The notes under the pieces: generated by a model
Databases searched by the model: none
Seen by the model: only the letters and a program-made list of their open reading frames with translations
What the model was told of the DNA's origin: nothing
Shown here: piece after piece, positions 1 to 10,928 of the stretch
How the letters are laid out: the number at the start of each line of letters is the position of its first letter
Numbering within the stretch: position 1 is the stretch's first letter
Translations under genes and position numbers: made by a program
Assembly: GCA_965207065.1 (NCBI GenBank)
Contig: OZ242260.1
Span: 2,048,001-2,112,000, forward strand
Source: a bacterium
GTDB lineage: Bacteria; UBA8248
Direction: 5' to 3'
DNA length: 64,000 bases

Positions 1-13
1 GCTAGGGGAAAAC

Positions 14-781
14 ATGACGCTGACATCGAAAAGCATACTCTATATGGAGGACGTGTTCGTCGTCTTCGACGGTTTCAAGGCGTTGAACGAGCTCAACTTC
101 AGCATGGACAGGGGGGAGCTGCGCTGCGTCATCGGTCCGAACGGGGCGGGAAAAACCACCCTGCTCGACGTCGTGACGGGCAAGGTGAAGCCGGATTCCG
201 GGCGGGTGGTATTCAAGGAGAAAACCAACCTCGCGCGGATGCGCCAGGAAGAGATATCGAACGCAGGCATCGGCAGAAAATTCCAGACGCCGACCATTTA
301 TGAGAACCTCACGGTGCGCGATAACCTCGAACTCTCCGTGAAACAGGACAAGAAGGTGACCTCGCTTCTTTTCGGCGGGGCCACGGCCGAGGCGCGGGAG
401 CGGGTGGAGGAAACGCTCGACGTCATCGGACTCACGTCCAAGAGCAACTGGCGGGCCGGCCTGCTGGCCCACGGCGAAAAACAGTGGCTCGAAATCGGCA
501 TGGTGGTGGTGCAGGACCCGGATCTCCTGCTCGTCGACGAGCCCGTGGCCGGTATGACGGACAGGGAGACGGATAAGACGGCGGCGCTTTTGCGGCGCAT
601 CGCCGAGCATCGCTCGGTTCTCGTCATCGAGCATGACATGAAATTCGTGCGGGAGATCGCCGAGCGAGTCACCGTGCTTCACGAGGGCGCCGTAATATGC
701 GAGGGTTCCATCGATCACGTGCACAAGGACGAGCGGGTCATCGAACTCTATCTGGGCAGGGGAAGCGAGGAACATGCTTAG
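14..781 (+). CDS. urtD: Urea ABC transporter ATP-binding protein UrtD
   Basis: Walker A GPNGAGKTT, GIGRKFQTP, LAHGEKQWLEIGM and DEPVAGMT motifs; lies directly upstream of urtE and the urease genes. Confidence 0.92.
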   Translation: MTLTSKSILYMEDVFVVFDGFKALNELNFSMDRGELRCVIGPNGAGKTTLLDVVTGKVKPDSGRVVFKEKTNLARMRQEEISNAGIGRKFQTPTIYENLTVRDNLELSVKQDKKVTSLLFGGATAEARERVEETLDVIGLTSKSNWRAGLLAHGEKQWLEIGMVVVQDPDLLLVDEPVAGMTDRETDKTAALLRRIAEHRSVLVIEHDMKFVREIAERVTVLHEGAVICEGSIDHVHKDERVIELYLGRGSEEHA

Positions 782-1469
782 GGTTGAGGAACTCCACGCC
801 TACTACGGCGAAAGCCACATTCTGCGTGGGCTCGACATCGAGGTTGGCCCCGGCGAGATTGCCGGCATCATCGGCAGAAACGGCATGGGCAAGACCACGT
901 TCCTGAAATCCATCGTTGGTCTGCTCAAGCCCAAAGCGGGAAAAGTCGAATTCCTGGAGAGCGACATTACTGCTTCGAGACCCGAGGCGCGCGCGAGGAT
1001 GGGTGTCGCCTACGTCCCCCAGGGGCGGGAGATTTTTCCGCAGCTCAGCGTGCACGAGAATCTACTGCTGGGGCTGGAAGCCCACCCCGACCGCCCCCGG
1101 AGGTATGACGAGGGCGTTTTCGAGCTTTTCCCCGTTTTAAGGGAAATGCTCGGACGAAAGGGAGGGGTGCTGAGCGGCGGACAGCAGCAGCAACTCGCCA
1201 TCGCCCGCGCCCTGGTGAGCGAACCCAAGCTCCTGTTGCTCGATGAGCCGACCGAGGGCATTCAGCCCTCCATCATCATGGACATCGAGAGCGTTCTTTG
1301 GAAGATCAAGGAACGCGGCGACGTGGGCATCATCCTCGTGGAGCAGTACCTGGAGTTCGCCTGGCGGCTCTCGGATCGATATTACGTGATGGAAAAAGGG
1401 GAATTCACGGCCACCGGACAAGCGCAGGGCGAGTGCGACACAGCGCTGCTCGACCGCCTGACCGCGTAG
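774..1469 (+). CDS. urtE: Urea ABC transporter ATP-binding protein UrtE
   Basis: [34 protein letters not shown] and [12 protein letters not shown] motifs; overlaps urtD. Confidence 0.92.
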   Translation: MLRVEELHAYYGESHILRGLDIEVGPGEIAGIIGRNGMGKTTFLKSIVGLLKPKAGKVEFLESDITASRPEARARMGVAYVPQGREIFPQLSVHENLLLGLEAHPDRPRRYDEGVFELFPVLREMLGRKGGVLSGGQQQQLAIARALVSEPKLLLLDEPTEGIQPSIIMDIESVLWKIKERGDVGIILVEQYLEFAWRLSDRYYVMEKGEFTATGQAQGECDTALLDRLTA

Positions 1470-1503
1470 CCGCCCGCAGGAGTTTTTTGACAGGAGGCAG
1501 GCG

Positions 1504-1809
1504 ATGCATCTGACACCGAGGGAGCAGGAGAAGCTCCTCGTTTTCGTTGCGGCGGAGTTGGCGCGCGCGCGCCGCGCGCGCGGCCTCAAGCTCAATTACC
1601 CCGAAGCCGTCAGCATCATCACGGCGGAGGTGCTCGAAGGCGCGCGCGACGGGAAATCCGTGGCCGAGCTGATGCGCTACGGCGCGACGATTCTCGCGCG
1701 AGAGGACGTCATGGAAGGGGTGCCCGAGATGATCCACGAGGTGCAGGTCGAGGGCACGTTCCCCGACGGCACCAAGCTCGTAACGGTGCATGACCCGATA
1801 CGAGGCTGA
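1504..1809 (+). CDS. ureA: Urease gamma subunit
   Basis: [12 protein letters not shown]...GLKLNYPEA...[17 protein letters not shown]. Confidence 0.97.
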   Translation: MHLTPREQEKLLVFVAAELARARRARGLKLNYPEAVSIITAEVLEGARDGKSVAELMRYGATILAREDVMEGVPEMIHEVQVEGTFPDGTKLVTVHDPIRG

Positions 1810-1819
1810 AGGAGAGCGC

Positions 1820-2191
1820 ATGATACCCGGCGAATATATTCTGGCGGACGGCGTGATCGTCCTGAACGAGGGGCGCGAAACCGCCTCGCTCATCGTGGCG
1901 AACCGAGGCGACAGGCCCATCCAGGTGGGTTCCCACTTTCATTTCTTCGAGGTGAACCGCCTGCTCGATTTTGACAGGAAGGCGGCTTTCGGCATGCGGC
2001 TGGACATTCCGGCGGGAACGGCGGTGCGCTTCGAACCCGGCGATGAGAAGGAGGTGACGCTCGTCGCCTTCGCGGGCGCGCGCACCGCCATGGGGCTGAA
2101 CGCGCTGACGGAGGGCGCGCTCGATTCGGCCGCCGTGCGCGAGGGCGCACTCGAGAAAGCCCGCGCCGAGGGCTACGGGGGGACGGACTGA
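1820..2191 (+). CDS. ureB: Urease beta subunit
   Basis: MIPGE...[19 protein letters not shown]...[17 protein letters not shown]; start placed at ATG 1820 after GGAGAG. Confidence 0.96.
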   Translation: MIPGEYILADGVIVLNEGRETASLIVANRGDRPIQVGSHFHFFEVNRLLDFDRKAAFGMRLDIPAGTAVRFEPGDEKEVTLVAFAGARTAMGLNALTEGALDSAAVREGALEKARAEGYGGTD

Positions 2192-3903
2192 TGGCTTTTC
2201 GCATGGACAGGCGCGTCTACGCCGACATGTTCGGCCCCACGGTGGGGGACAAGGTGCGCCTCGCGGACACCGATCTCTTCATCGAGGTCGAAGAAGACCG
2301 CACCGTTTACGGCGATGAGTCGAAATTCGGCGGCGGCAAGGTCATCAGAGACGGCATGGGGCAATCCCCCACCGAGACGCGTGAGGCCGACGCGCTCGAC
2401 CTGCTCATCACCAACGCGCTGATCCTCGACTACTGGGGCGTGGTGAAGGCGGATGTGGGAATCAAGGACGGGAAGATTGTCGGGGTTGGCAAGTCGGGCA
2501 ATCCGCACCTGATGCAGGGGGTGGACATGACGGTCGGCGCCGCGACGGAGGTGCTGGCAGGCGAGGGGATGATACTCACCGCAGGCGGCATCGACACCCA
2601 CATCCACTTCATCTGTCCCCAGCAGATTGACGAGGCGCTCTCCTCGGGCGTCACCACCATGTTCGGCGGGGGAACCGGCCCCGCCACGGGCACGAACGCC
2701 ACCACCTGCACCCCGGGCGCGTGGAACATCGCCCGGATGCTCCAGGCGGCGGAGGCCTACCCCATGAACCTGGGATTCCTGGGCAAGGGAAACGCATCGC
2801 GTCCGGAGCCTCTTATCGAGCAGATCCGCGCGGGCGCGGTGGGGCTGAAACTCCATGAGGACTGGGGAACCACGCCCGCGGCGATCGATTGCTGCCTCGG
2901 CGTGGCGGAGGATATGGACGTGCAGGTGTGCATCCATACCGATACGCTCAACGAATCGGGCTTCGTCGAGACCTCCATCGCCGCGTTCAAGGGCCGGACC
3001 ATCCACACCTACCACACCGAAGGGGCGGGCGGTGGCCATGCGCCCGACATCATCCGCGTGTGCGGGGAGGCGGGCGTGCTGCCCTCCTCGACGAACCCCA
3101 CGCGGCCCTTCACGGTGAACACGGTGGACGAGCATCTCGACATGCTGATGGTGTGCCACCACCTGGACAGCAAGATTCCAGAGGACGTGGCCTTTGCCGA
3201 GTCGAGGATCCGCGCGGAGACCATCGCGGCGGAAGACATTCTTCACGACATGGGCGCGTTCAGCATGATGGGTTCGGACTCGCAGGCCATGGGCCGTGTG
3301 GGCGAGGTGGTCATCCGCACCTGGCAGACGGCGGACAAGATGAAGCGACAGCGCGGCGCGCTGGCCGAGGAAAGCGGCGCCAACGACAACTACCGCGCCA
3401 GGCGCTACGTGGCGAAATACACCATCAACCCCGCGATTGCACACGGGATTTCCGATTACGTCGGCTCGATCGAAGTGGGCAAGATGGCGGACATGGTGCT
3501 CTGGAAGCCCGCCTTTTTCGGCGTGAAGCCCGAAGTCGTGGTGAAGGGCGGCTTCATCGCCCACGCGGCGATGGGCGACCCCAACGCCTCCATCCCAACA
3601 CCGCAACCCGTTCTGGGTCGGCCCATGTTCGGTTCGATGGGGAAAGCGGTCGGCCCCACTTCCTACACCTTCGTCTCAGGGGTGGCGGCAGAGGATCGAT
3701 TGGGCGACGCGCTGGGTCTGGGCAAGATCGTGGCGCCCGTCTCGAACTGCCGCTCAATCGGCAAGAAAGACATGAAGCTGAACGATGCCCTGCCCGATAT
3801 CGAGGTCGATCCCGAAACCTACGTGGTGAAGGCGGACGGGGAGACGCTCACGTGCGAACCCGCCGAGGTGCTCCCCATGGCGCAGCGGTATTTTCTTTTC
3901 TAG
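2191..3903 (+). CDS. ureC: Urease alpha (catalytic) subunit
   Basis: [36 protein letters not shown] and [10 protein letters not shown] nickel-site motifs; ends PMAQRYFLF. Confidence 0.98.
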   Translation: MAFRMDRRVYADMFGPTVGDKVRLADTDLFIEVEEDRTVYGDESKFGGGKVIRDGMGQSPTETREADALDLLITNALILDYWGVVKADVGIKDGKIVGVGKSGNPHLMQGVDMTVGAATEVLAGEGMILTAGGIDTHIHFICPQQIDEALSSGVTTMFGGGTGPATGTNATTCTPGAWNIARMLQAAEAYPMNLGFLGKGNASRPEPLIEQIRAGAVGLKLHEDWGTTPAAIDCCLGVAEDMDVQVCIHTDTLNESGFVETSIAAFKGRTIHTYHTEGAGGGHAPDIIRVCGEAGVLPSSTNPTRPFTVNTVDEHLDMLMVCHHLDSKIPEDVAFAESRIRAETIAAEDILHDMGAFSMMGSDSQAMGRVGEVVIRTWQTADKMKRQRGALAEESGANDNYRARRYVAKYTINPAIAHGISDYVGSIEVGKMADMVLWKPAFFGVKPEVVVKGGFIAHAAMGDPNASIPTPQPVLGRPMFGSMGKAVGPTSYTFVSGVAAEDRLGDALGLGKIVAPVSNCRSIGKKDMKLNDALPDIEVDPETYVVKADGETLTCEPAEVLPMAQRYFLF

Positions 3904-3912
3904 GAGGCGGCG

Positions 3913-4356
3913 ATGATCCTCGTCGAAGAAATACGGGGCAGGCTCTGCGCCGATGAGAGCAGGCGCGTCGAGCGCGTGGCTCTGGGCTGGGAGGACAGGC
4001 TCAGGAGCCGCCAGCGGGTGCGCACCGATACCGGCACCGAACTCGGCGTTAAACTGCCGACCGGACAGCCTTTGAAGGAAGGCGACGTTCTATTCGAGGA
4101 TGGGGAGTGCGTGGTGGTCGTCGCCGCGATCCCAGAAGACGTGCTCGTCCTCTACGCGGATTCACCCACCGAGATGGGCCGCCTCTGCTACCAGGTGGGA
4201 AACCGTCACGCGCCGATCTGCGTTCAGGACGGCCGCGTCCTCACACCCTATGACTCCGTGCTGGAGGCGTATTTCGTCAAGATGGGCGTCAGATGCGAGA
4301 AGGCGAAAGAACCCTTCACGCATGATTTCGGCGCCTTTCACTCTCATCACCATTAG
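3913..4356 (+). CDS. ureE: Urease accessory protein UreE (Ni chaperone)
   Basis: R.RSRQRVRTDTG and CYQVGNRHAP motifs, His-rich C-terminus (HSHHH), operon position. Confidence 0.9.
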   Translation: MILVEEIRGRLCADESRRVERVALGWEDRLRSRQRVRTDTGTELGVKLPTGQPLKEGDVLFEDGECVVVVAAIPEDVLVLYADSPTEMGRLCYQVGNRHAPICVQDGRVLTPYDSVLEAYFVKMGVRCEKAKEPFTHDFGAFHSHHH

Positions 4357-4359
4357 AAG

Positions 4360-5040
4360 ATGAGTGCCTACCGGCTCCTCCAGATATCCGATTCCGCGTT
4401 CCCGCGCGGGGCTTTCGCCCATTCCTACGGTCTCGAAACCTACGTAGCGGAAGGAAGCATCGCCTCTGCGGCGGAGCTCGAGGAATTCATCGCTTCCGTC
4501 CTGCGCCACGGCGCCGCGACGCTGGACGGCGTCTATCTGCGCGAGGCTTATTTAACGAAAAAAGAGGATGATCTCCCGAAGATCATGGCGCTCGACGCCG
4601 CCTACGACGCCGCGCGGCCCGTCAAATCGCTGCGCGATGCGAGCAGGAGCGTGGGCCGTCAGTTCCTGCGCACGGCGCGGGGCTTCATCGAGGATACTTT
4701 GCTGGACGAGCTGGATGAGGAGGCAAGGCGGGAGCGGACTTTAGGCCACTACCCGATAACGCTTGGCTGCGTCGCAGAATCCTTAGGCCTGGCTTGTGAA
4801 GAGGGCCTCGAATCGCTTTGCTATGGCGTCGTATCCGGCCTGGTTTCCGCCGCCGTGCGGCTGGTTCCGCTCGGCCAAACCGAAGGCCAGCGCGTCATCT
4901 CGAACCTGGAAGGCGAAGTGCGCGAGGCGGTAGAGATCGCGACGGCGCTTTCTCTGGAGGATGCTCATTCCTGGGGGCCGGGGCACGAGATACGCGCCAT
5001 GACGCACCGGAGACTTCACACGCGCTTGTTCGTTTCTTGA
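4360..5040 (+). CDS. ureF: Urease accessory protein UreF
   Basis: [27 protein letters not shown]-terminal H...TRLFVS. Confidence 0.93.
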   Translation: MSAYRLLQISDSAFPRGAFAHSYGLETYVAEGSIASAAELEEFIASVLRHGAATLDGVYLREAYLTKKEDDLPKIMALDAAYDAARPVKSLRDASRSVGRQFLRTARGFIEDTLLDELDEEARRERTLGHYPITLGCVAESLGLACEEGLESLCYGVVSGLVSAAVRLVPLGQTEGQRVISNLEGEVREAVEIATALSLEDAHSWGPGHEIRAMTHRRLHTRLFVS

Positions 5041-5051
5041 GGAGGATAACG

Positions 5052-5669
5052 ATGATGGATAAGGCGCCCGTAAAGATAGGCGTGGGCGGGCCGGTGGGAT
5101 CGGGCAAGACCGCCCTGGTGGACAGGCTGTGCAAGCGGATGCGCGACAGGTACGCCATCGCCGTCGTGACGAACGACATCTACACGAAAGAGGACGCGGA
5201 GTTCCTGACGCGCAGCGGCGCGCTCTCGCCCGAGCGAATCTCAGGCGTGGAGACGGGCGGGTGCCCGCATACGGCGATCCGCGAGGATATCTCCCTGAAC
5301 CGCGAAGCCATGGAGATACTCGCCCGCGATTTCCATCCGCTGGACATCATTTTCGTGGAGAGCGGGGGCGACAACCTGGCCGCCACTTTCAGCCCCGAAC
5401 TCGTGGACGCGTCGATCTACGTCATCGACGTGTCGGCGGGGGACAAGATTCCCCGAAAGGGCGGCCCCGGCATCACGCGCTCGGAACTCCTGCTGATCAA
5501 CAAGATAGACCTGGCGCCTCTCGTGGGCGCGAGTCTCGAAGTAATGGACCGAGACGCGAAGAAGATGCGCGGCGAGCGCCCGTTTCTGTTCACCAACCTG
5601 AAAGCCGAACAGGGTCTCGATGAGGTGATCGGCTGGATCGAGCGCGAACTCCTCTTCGTGGAGGCCTGA
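5052..5669 (+). CDS. ureG: Urease accessory GTPase UreG
   Basis: [35 protein letters not shown]; start at ATG 5052 or 5055 after GGAGG (the ORF-track start 4818 overlaps ureF). Confidence 0.97.
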   Translation: MMDKAPVKIGVGGPVGSGKTALVDRLCKRMRDRYAIAVVTNDIYTKEDAEFLTRSGALSPERISGVETGGCPHTAIREDISLNREAMEILARDFHPLDIIFVESGGDNLAATFSPELVDASIYVIDVSAGDKIPRKGGPGITRSELLLINKIDLAPLVGASLEVMDRDAKKMRGERPFLFTNLKAEQGLDEVIGWIERELLFVEA

Positions 5670-6526
5670 TGCCGCTCTTAAGCGCAAGCGCGCCCTCCCG
5701 CGTGGGACGCCACGGCGTCGCTCTCGCAAAATTCAAGCGTGTGGGGGAGCGGACGTATCTCGCGGATTCATTCTTCCGGGTGCCCTTGCAGTTGATGCGC
5801 CCCAATTATCCCGAAGGGGAGGCGCCTGCCCACATGACGCTCATCAATCCGACGGGCGGGCACGTGGGCGGCGACGTTCTGGAACTCGAAATCGCGCTCG
5901 ATGAGGGAGCGCGTGTTTTGTGGACGACGCAGGGGGCCACCAAGGTCTACAAGAGCCTGGGCGAGCCTGTGACGTCGACGACGAAAATCGAGATGGGCGA
6001 GGGGAGTGGCCTCGAGCTCCTGCCCGACCCGATCATTCCCTATAAAGATTCCATCTACGCGCAGGAGACGGAAATCTCCATGGCCGAGGGAGCAAGGCTG
6101 CTTTACGGGGAATCGCTCTACCACGGCCGGGTCGCCTCGGGCGAGCATTTTGATTATTCGTCCTTGAGACTCAAGCTGCATGTCGACTATGGGGGCGCGC
6201 CCCTCTTGCGCGACGTAATGGAGGTGAAGCCTGAAGAATCAAACCCCGAGCGGATGGGCCTGTTCGAGCCGTATCCTTATCTGGGTTCTTTCTACGTCGC
6301 AGGCGGGGCGGATGAGGCGTTGAACCACATCGCGGAGCAGGTCGAATCCCTGCTGGCGGGAGCTTCCGGCCTTGCGGGCGGCTGCACGCGGCTCACAGGC
6401 CCCGGCGCGCTCGTCCGCTGGCTGGCGGATTCGCCCGAAGTCATGAGAAAAACCCATTTCGAGATATGGGGCATTGCCCGAAAAACGCTTTTCGGCCGGG
6501 AGGCGACGCCGCTCAGAAAGTTCTAG
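5669..6526 (+). CDS. ureD: Urease accessory protein UreD/UreH
   Basis: NPTGGHVGGD, TTQGATKVYKS, LPDPIIPY, GRVASGEHF, ends LRKF; last gene of the ure operon. Confidence 0.9.
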   Translation: MPLLSASAPSRVGRHGVALAKFKRVGERTYLADSFFRVPLQLMRPNYPEGEAPAHMTLINPTGGHVGGDVLELEIALDEGARVLWTTQGATKVYKSLGEPVTSTTKIEMGEGSGLELLPDPIIPYKDSIYAQETEISMAEGARLLYGESLYHGRVASGEHFDYSSLRLKLHVDYGGAPLLRDVMEVKPEESNPERMGLFEPYPYLGSFYVAGGADEALNHIAEQVESLLAGASGLAGGCTRLTGPGALVRWLADSPEVMRKTHFEIWGIARKTLFGREATPLRKF

Positions 6527-6566
6527 CGGAGGGCTGAGAGCGTTTCCGCTCACCGAAGAATGAAGT

Positions 6567-7526
6567 CTATTCGACGCGCTGCCTGTTGGCGCCGAATGAG
6601 CCTACGATTTCGCCGCGTTCGAAGACGCCCACGGCGCCGGCATGGTCCTCACCAATGAAGCGTCCCTGAATGTAGTCCTCGCTTCCGGTCGACTTTTCCC
6701 CGAATGCGCCGCCGTGGAGCGGAACGTTCTCCCAGGGCGGGATGCTCCTGCCTTCCAGCCTGGCGCTGGTTTCGTGATCCCGGAGATTGTTGAAAACGAC
6801 GTCGACCGCCGGATTGGCGAGGTCGTCGATGTCGAGCGTCGCATCGCCCCGCACGAACTGGCCGCGGGTCACCTGGTCGCTCACGTCCACGCCGATCATC
6901 ACCCCTTTCCATGTGGCGGACATATCCTGTCGGGCCGTCGGCGCCGTGGTACTCGCCACGCCGAGGGCGCTGGAGTCGAAGACGTCGCCCGGCCCCACGG
7001 GCCGGCCCTGCCCATCCCTGATCGTCAGGGTTGTCCGGTTGACGAAGAAAGCGCCCTCTTCGAGCCAACCGCCGTAAAACCTTGCGCTGAACGCCCTTTC
7101 TCCGGTACGCAGACCGAAGCCTTCTACGAGCGGGACGCCGCGAACGGTTTCTGTCTGCGGCTTGAGCGTCAGGGAATCCTTCAAACGCTCTGCGAAATGT
7201 TTGCCGCCGAAGTCGGAGCGTGGGTCGCCGAGGGCGCGCGCCAGCGCAGCATCCAGACCCTCGGAAGTCGGGCTTACGGCGCAGACCACGCCTTCGCATT
7301 TGGTGAAGGTGCGCGACGATCCTCCATCGAAGCGAAACACGCGCTGATCGCTTGCAAGCACCGTGGTGGAGGATTCCACCCTTGCAATCGTGCCGAGCCT
7401 GACCTGCTGCGACGTTCGTTCGGTATCGAATTCCATCGACGCCATGTTTTCCCGACTCCCGGCGCCGCAACCGGAAAGGAGGAGCATCGCGGCTATCGCA
7501 ATCAACGCGGCTGTGGTGCGCATCAT
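6567..7526 (-). CDS. Surface lipoprotein with transferrin-binding-protein-like C-terminal beta-barrel
   Basis: Lipobox LLLSG-C after a hydrophobic stretch, AAGGAG RBS before ATG 7526; C-terminus ATWKGVMIG...IQGRFIG...VGVFERGEIVGSFGA resembles the TbpB-type barrel pattern. Confidence 0.65.
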   Translation of the reverse strand: MMRTTAALIAIAAMLLLSGCGAGSRENMASMEFDTERTSQQVRLGTIARVESSTTVLASDQRVFRFDGGSSRTFTKCEGVVCAVSPTSEGLDAALARALGDPRSDFGGKHFAERLKDSLTLKPQTETVRGVPLVEGFGLRTGERAFSARFYGGWLEEGAFFVNRTTLTIRDGQGRPVGPGDVFDSSALGVASTTAPTARQDMSATWKGVMIGVDVSDQVTRGQFVRGDATLDIDDLANPAVDVVFNNLRDHETSARLEGRSIPPWENVPLHGGAFGEKSTGSEDYIQGRFIGEDHAGAVGVFERGEIVGSFGANRQRVE

Positions 7527-7753
7527 CCGTCTCTCCTTGTAATTCCTCGCATCGGCGGCCTTTCGCATTTGCGCCTCTGACCGCCTCCGCCAAGGCGATG
7601 CGCTCACGTTCCGTCGTGAATCGCCCGAAGAGGAGCCGGCGGGCAAGAGCGGACACCGAGCATGCCGAACCCATCCGAAGCAGGTCTCGCCCCGGCCCTT
7701 GGTGGCATTATATGAAGCGTCGTCGAGGAATTCACGGAAAAAGATCCCCTCAC

Positions 7754-7926
7754 GGGGGCTGTTGAAAAAGCTCCGATGAACGAGAGTTTGACATGAGCGA
7801 GGAGCGATCGATCGTGTTTTGGCAGGGACAGGTTGCGACCTCGGACAGGCACAGCGGCCTGTCCGCTACGTTGAACAATTCGATGATCGGGATTACCTCC
7901 CCTCGAGGGGGTTTTCGGTGGCCCCC
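7754..7926. mobile_element. Degenerate MITE-like element with IS1182-like ends and internal REP remnants
   Basis: Left end GGGGGCTGTTGAAAAA, degenerate right end TTTTCGGTGGCCCCC; internal GGGACAGGTTGCGACC...CCTGTCCGCTAC. Confidence 0.5.
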
Positions 7927-7974
7927 GAACTCCGGCTCGTGCGGGCTTGCTCGCTCTTATGCGCCGGCGGGCTG

Positions 7975-8997
7975 CTACTCCGCTGTGCGGTGGAAATGGG
8001 GGAGGACTTCCTCACCGAGCAGCCGGATCGCGTTCATTATCTTGGCGTGATCGAGACCCGGAAACTGCATGCGGAAGTGCATGGAGGTCGTTCCGAGTTC
8101 ATCCCGGTATCGTTCGATCTGGCGAATGCAGTCATCCGGCGACCCCAGAATGAATCGCCCCCGTAGATTTTCCGTCGCTTCCGCGCCCCGCTGCACCGGT
8201 TTGCCATCGTCGTCCACCAGGTGGCCCCAATCGAGATACTCCTGGTAGTTGTAGAGCATGGGTTCGCGCGCCTCCTCCCATGCCTGCTCGCTCTCTTCGG
8301 CCACGTAGGCTTCGCGCCTTAAGGGGAACTCCACACCGGACGCGTCCTTCCCGGCTTCGGCCAGTGCGTCGAGATAGACCTGTTTCCGCTCCTTGAGCAA
8401 TTTAAGCGGGGTGACCGGATCGGCGAGCCATGCGTCGCCCATGCGCGCGGCGCGGCGGACCGCGGCGGGCAGCTTGGCCCCCACCCAGATGGGCGGGCAG
8501 GGCTTCTGCTCAGGCCGGGGCATGAGGGTGACGTCCTCCATGGGAAAGCAGGGGCCCGGATGCGTCAAGCCGCGCTCCGTCAACAACCGGCGAACCAGCC
8601 CCAAAGACTCCTCGAAGCGGGCGGCCCTATCCTCGAAGGGGACGCCGAATGCCGCGAATTCCTCCCGCCTGTAGCCGAGCCCCACCCCCAGTACGAAGCG
8701 GCCCTTGGACATGATGTCCAGCACCGCGGCGTCCTCGGCCACCGCCAGCGGGTGATAGAAGGGGAGGAGGAGGACGCAGGTGCCGATCCGCATCTTCTCC
8801 GTCCGGGTGGCGATGCCGGCGGCGGTCACCATGTTGGAGGGGAAATAGCCGTTGTCCTCCACCATGTGGTGTTCGCTCGTCGTCACCATGTCGAAGCCGT
8901 ACTTCTCCGCCAGGGCGATCTGCTCCAGCGAATTGTGATAGGCGCCCACCCAGTCACCGGTGCGGGACTGATAGCTGTAGTGCAAGGCGAATTTCAT
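7975..8997 (-). CDS. LLM-class flavin-dependent oxidoreductase (luciferase-like)
   Basis: AEKYGFD...SEHH, HPLAVAEDAAVLDIMSKGRFVLGVGLGYR, PPIWVG motifs. Confidence 0.9.
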   Translation of the reverse strand: MKFALHYSYQSRTGDWVGAYHNSLEQIALAEKYGFDMVTTSEHHMVEDNGYFPSNMVTAAGIATRTEKMRIGTCVLLLPFYHPLAVAEDAAVLDIMSKGRFVLGVGLGYRREEFAAFGVPFEDRAARFEESLGLVRRLLTERGLTHPGPCFPMEDVTLMPRPEQKPCPPIWVGAKLPAAVRRAARMGDAWLADPVTPLKLLKERKQVYLDALAEAGKDASGVEFPLRREAYVAEESEQAWEEAREPMLYNYQEYLDWGHLVDDDGKPVQRGAEATENLRGRFILGSPDDCIRQIERYRDELGTTSMHFRMQFPGLDHAKIMNAIRLLGEEVLPHFHRTAE

Positions 8998-9009
8998 CGA
9001 TCCATCCTC

Positions 9010-10404
9010 CTACAGGGCGACTTCGGGCTTGCCGCGCGGAACAAACTGCCCGTAGCCCGGCTCTTGCACGAGTTCCCCGTCCCGGAGGAGCGGCTTTCCG
9101 CGCAGGAGGCTATGCTCCAGTCTGCCGCTGAGCTCCCACCCCTCGAAGAGCGAGTAGTCGGAATTCGTGTGCTGCCCCGCCGCCGTCACGGTTGAGCTCC
9201 CTTCGGGGTCGATAACGACGATGTCGGCGTCGGAGCCGACCCCGAGCGCGCCTTTCTGCGGGTAGAAGCCCAGGGTGCGCGCCGGGTTCTCGCTCGTGAG
9301 CTGTACGAGGCGCTCGACCGAAATCCGCCCGCGGGCGACGCCCTCGCTGTAGAGAACCGGAAGGAGGGTCTCGATGCCGGGCGCGCCGAAGGGAGACTGG
9401 GTGAAGGGCGGGTCGTTCTTCTGCGCCCGGGTGTAGGGGGCGTGATCGCTCCCGACGAGGTGGATCCATCCATCCTGGACCCCCTTCCACAGAGCGGAAA
9501 TGTCCGCCTCCTCGCGCAGCGGAGGCGCCACCTTGGCCGGCGCTCCCATCTCCCGCACGGCCTCACCCGTCAAGGTCAGGTACTGCGGGCAGGTTTCCAC
9601 GACGATATTCTTCCCGGCGGCCAGCCCGCGCCGCGCCTCATCGAGGGCCAGTTCCGCCGTGAGGTGAACGATGTAGAGCGGGCAGCCCGCCAGATCCGCC
9701 AGGTGGATCGATTTCGCGACCGATGAGGCCTCAAGCTCCGGCGGGCGTGAGTATTCCTGGAAATCGGCGCCGTCCATTCCGGCGTCGAAGGCCTTGTTCT
9801 CCAGGTAGTCGATGACAGGACCGTTTTCGGCGTGGACGAGCACGGTGCCCCCATGACGCCCCACGATTTCGAGCGCCGCGTAGAAGTATTCGTCCGGGAT
9901 GCAGCGGCCGCGGCCCCGCTTCTTATAGCCCATCATGACCTTGAAGCTCGTGACGCCGCCCTCGATGGCCCTGGGGATCTCGGCGAGGTAGTCGAAGTCC
10001 TCGAATATCCAGGCGTGCAGCGAGAAGTCGACCACGCTCCCCGCTTCGCCCTCCTCGCGGATGCGATCCAAAGTGTTGAGCATGGTCTCGTTCTCCTCGC
10101 CCGTGGCGAAAACGACCATGGTCGTGACGCCTCCGTGCGCGGCGCTGCGCGCAACGTCGGCCAGGGAATCGATGTGGTTCGAATACGCCCGGCAATGGAC
10201 GTGGGGGTCGATGACGCCCGGAAGAACGAGCTTGCCCGGCACATCCAGCACTTCATCGGCGGCCGGCATGCTCTCGGGCGCGCCCACGCAGGCGACCTTC
10301 CCGTCCCGGACCCCGAGAGCAGCCTCCTGGCGGCCGTGACCGGAGACGACCGTGCCGCCCGTAACGAGCAGGTCGAGTGGTTTCTGATGGGAACTGTCAG
10401 TCAT
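9010..10404 (-). CDS. Cyclic amidohydrolase (dihydropyrimidinase/allantoinase/dihydroorotase family)
   Basis: PGVIDPHVH, GGVTT, SFK (carbamylated Lys), VHAEN, IVHLT, ETCPQYL and GSDHAP binuclear metal motifs. Confidence 0.9.
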   Translation of the reverse strand: MTDSSHQKPLDLLVTGGTVVSGHGRQEAALGVRDGKVACVGAPESMPAADEVLDVPGKLVLPGVIDPHVHCRAYSNHIDSLADVARSAAHGGVTTMVVFATGEENETMLNTLDRIREEGEAGSVVDFSLHAWIFEDFDYLAEIPRAIEGGVTSFKVMMGYKKRGRGRCIPDEYFYAALEIVGRHGGTVLVHAENGPVIDYLENKAFDAGMDGADFQEYSRPPELEASSVAKSIHLADLAGCPLYIVHLTAELALDEARRGLAAGKNIVVETCPQYLTLTGEAVREMGAPAKVAPPLREEADISALWKGVQDGWIHLVGSDHAPYTRAQKNDPPFTQSPFGAPGIETLLPVLYSEGVARGRISVERLVQLTSENPARTLGFYPQKGALGVGSDADIVVIDPEGSSTVTAAGQHTNSDYSLFEGWELSGRLEHSLLRGKPLLRDGELVQEPGYGQFVPRGKPEVAL

Positions 10405-10599
10405 GAAATCCTCCCTGGCAGGCAGCCGCCTGTGTCGATACAGGCAGTCGCTTCACGCCCGCTCCAGATTTATGAAATTACCCGTCCATGAAGCGGTAAT
10501 TGAGTCTTGAGCCTTCCGTTGATTTTGAAGGAGCATATCATAAAATCCGCGCGGGTCGCCCGTGAGCGGAGCTGATCGTCGGTCTGCGGCCTCAAACCA

Positions 10600-10643
10600 T
10601 TTGTAAGTCATTACTTGACAAATCTGTCTCTTCCCGTTAGCTT
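10600..10643 (+). promoter_or_regulatory. Sigma70-type promoter of higBA with overlapping imperfect palindrome (likely operator)
   Basis: TTGACA (10615-10620), 17-bp spacer, TAGCTT (10638-10643); TTTGTAAGT-catt-ACTTGACAAA overlaps the -35. Confidence 0.6.
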
Positions 10644-10649
10644 GCGCCC

Positions 10650-10928
10650 ATGATTCGGAGCATTCGGCATAAGGGTCTTCGGGATTATTGGACGAGGGGG
10701 CGGGCGAGGGGCCTGAACGCCGATTGGATTCGAAAGTTGCGGCGAATTCTCTCGACTCTGGAGGCCGCCGAGAGGCCGGAGCAGATGAACTATCCCGGCT
10801 CATATTTTCATCCGTTAAGAGGCGATATGGCGGGGCGCTACGCCGTTCGCCTGAGCGCCAACATGCGCGTCACTTTCGGGTGGGACGACGACGGCGCAAC
10901 GGACGTAGACATAGAGGATTACCACTGA
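10650..10928 (+). CDS. higB: HigB-family (RelE/ParE-like, plasmid-killer type) toxin
   Basis: MIRSIRHKGL...FHPLRGDMAGRYAVRLSANMRVTF...VDIEDYH; toxin-first order with a HigA gene. Confidence 0.9.
   Translation: MIRSIRHKGLRDYWTRGRARGLNADWIRKLRRILSTLEAAERPEQMNYPGSYFHPLRGDMAGRYAVRLSANMRVTFGWDDDGATDVDIEDYH

Noticed and set aside
7660-7720. Cobalamin riboswitch upstream of the lipoprotein (GAGACCTGC on the minus strand)
   Set aside because: Only a short B12-box-like word is present; the other conserved elements were not found
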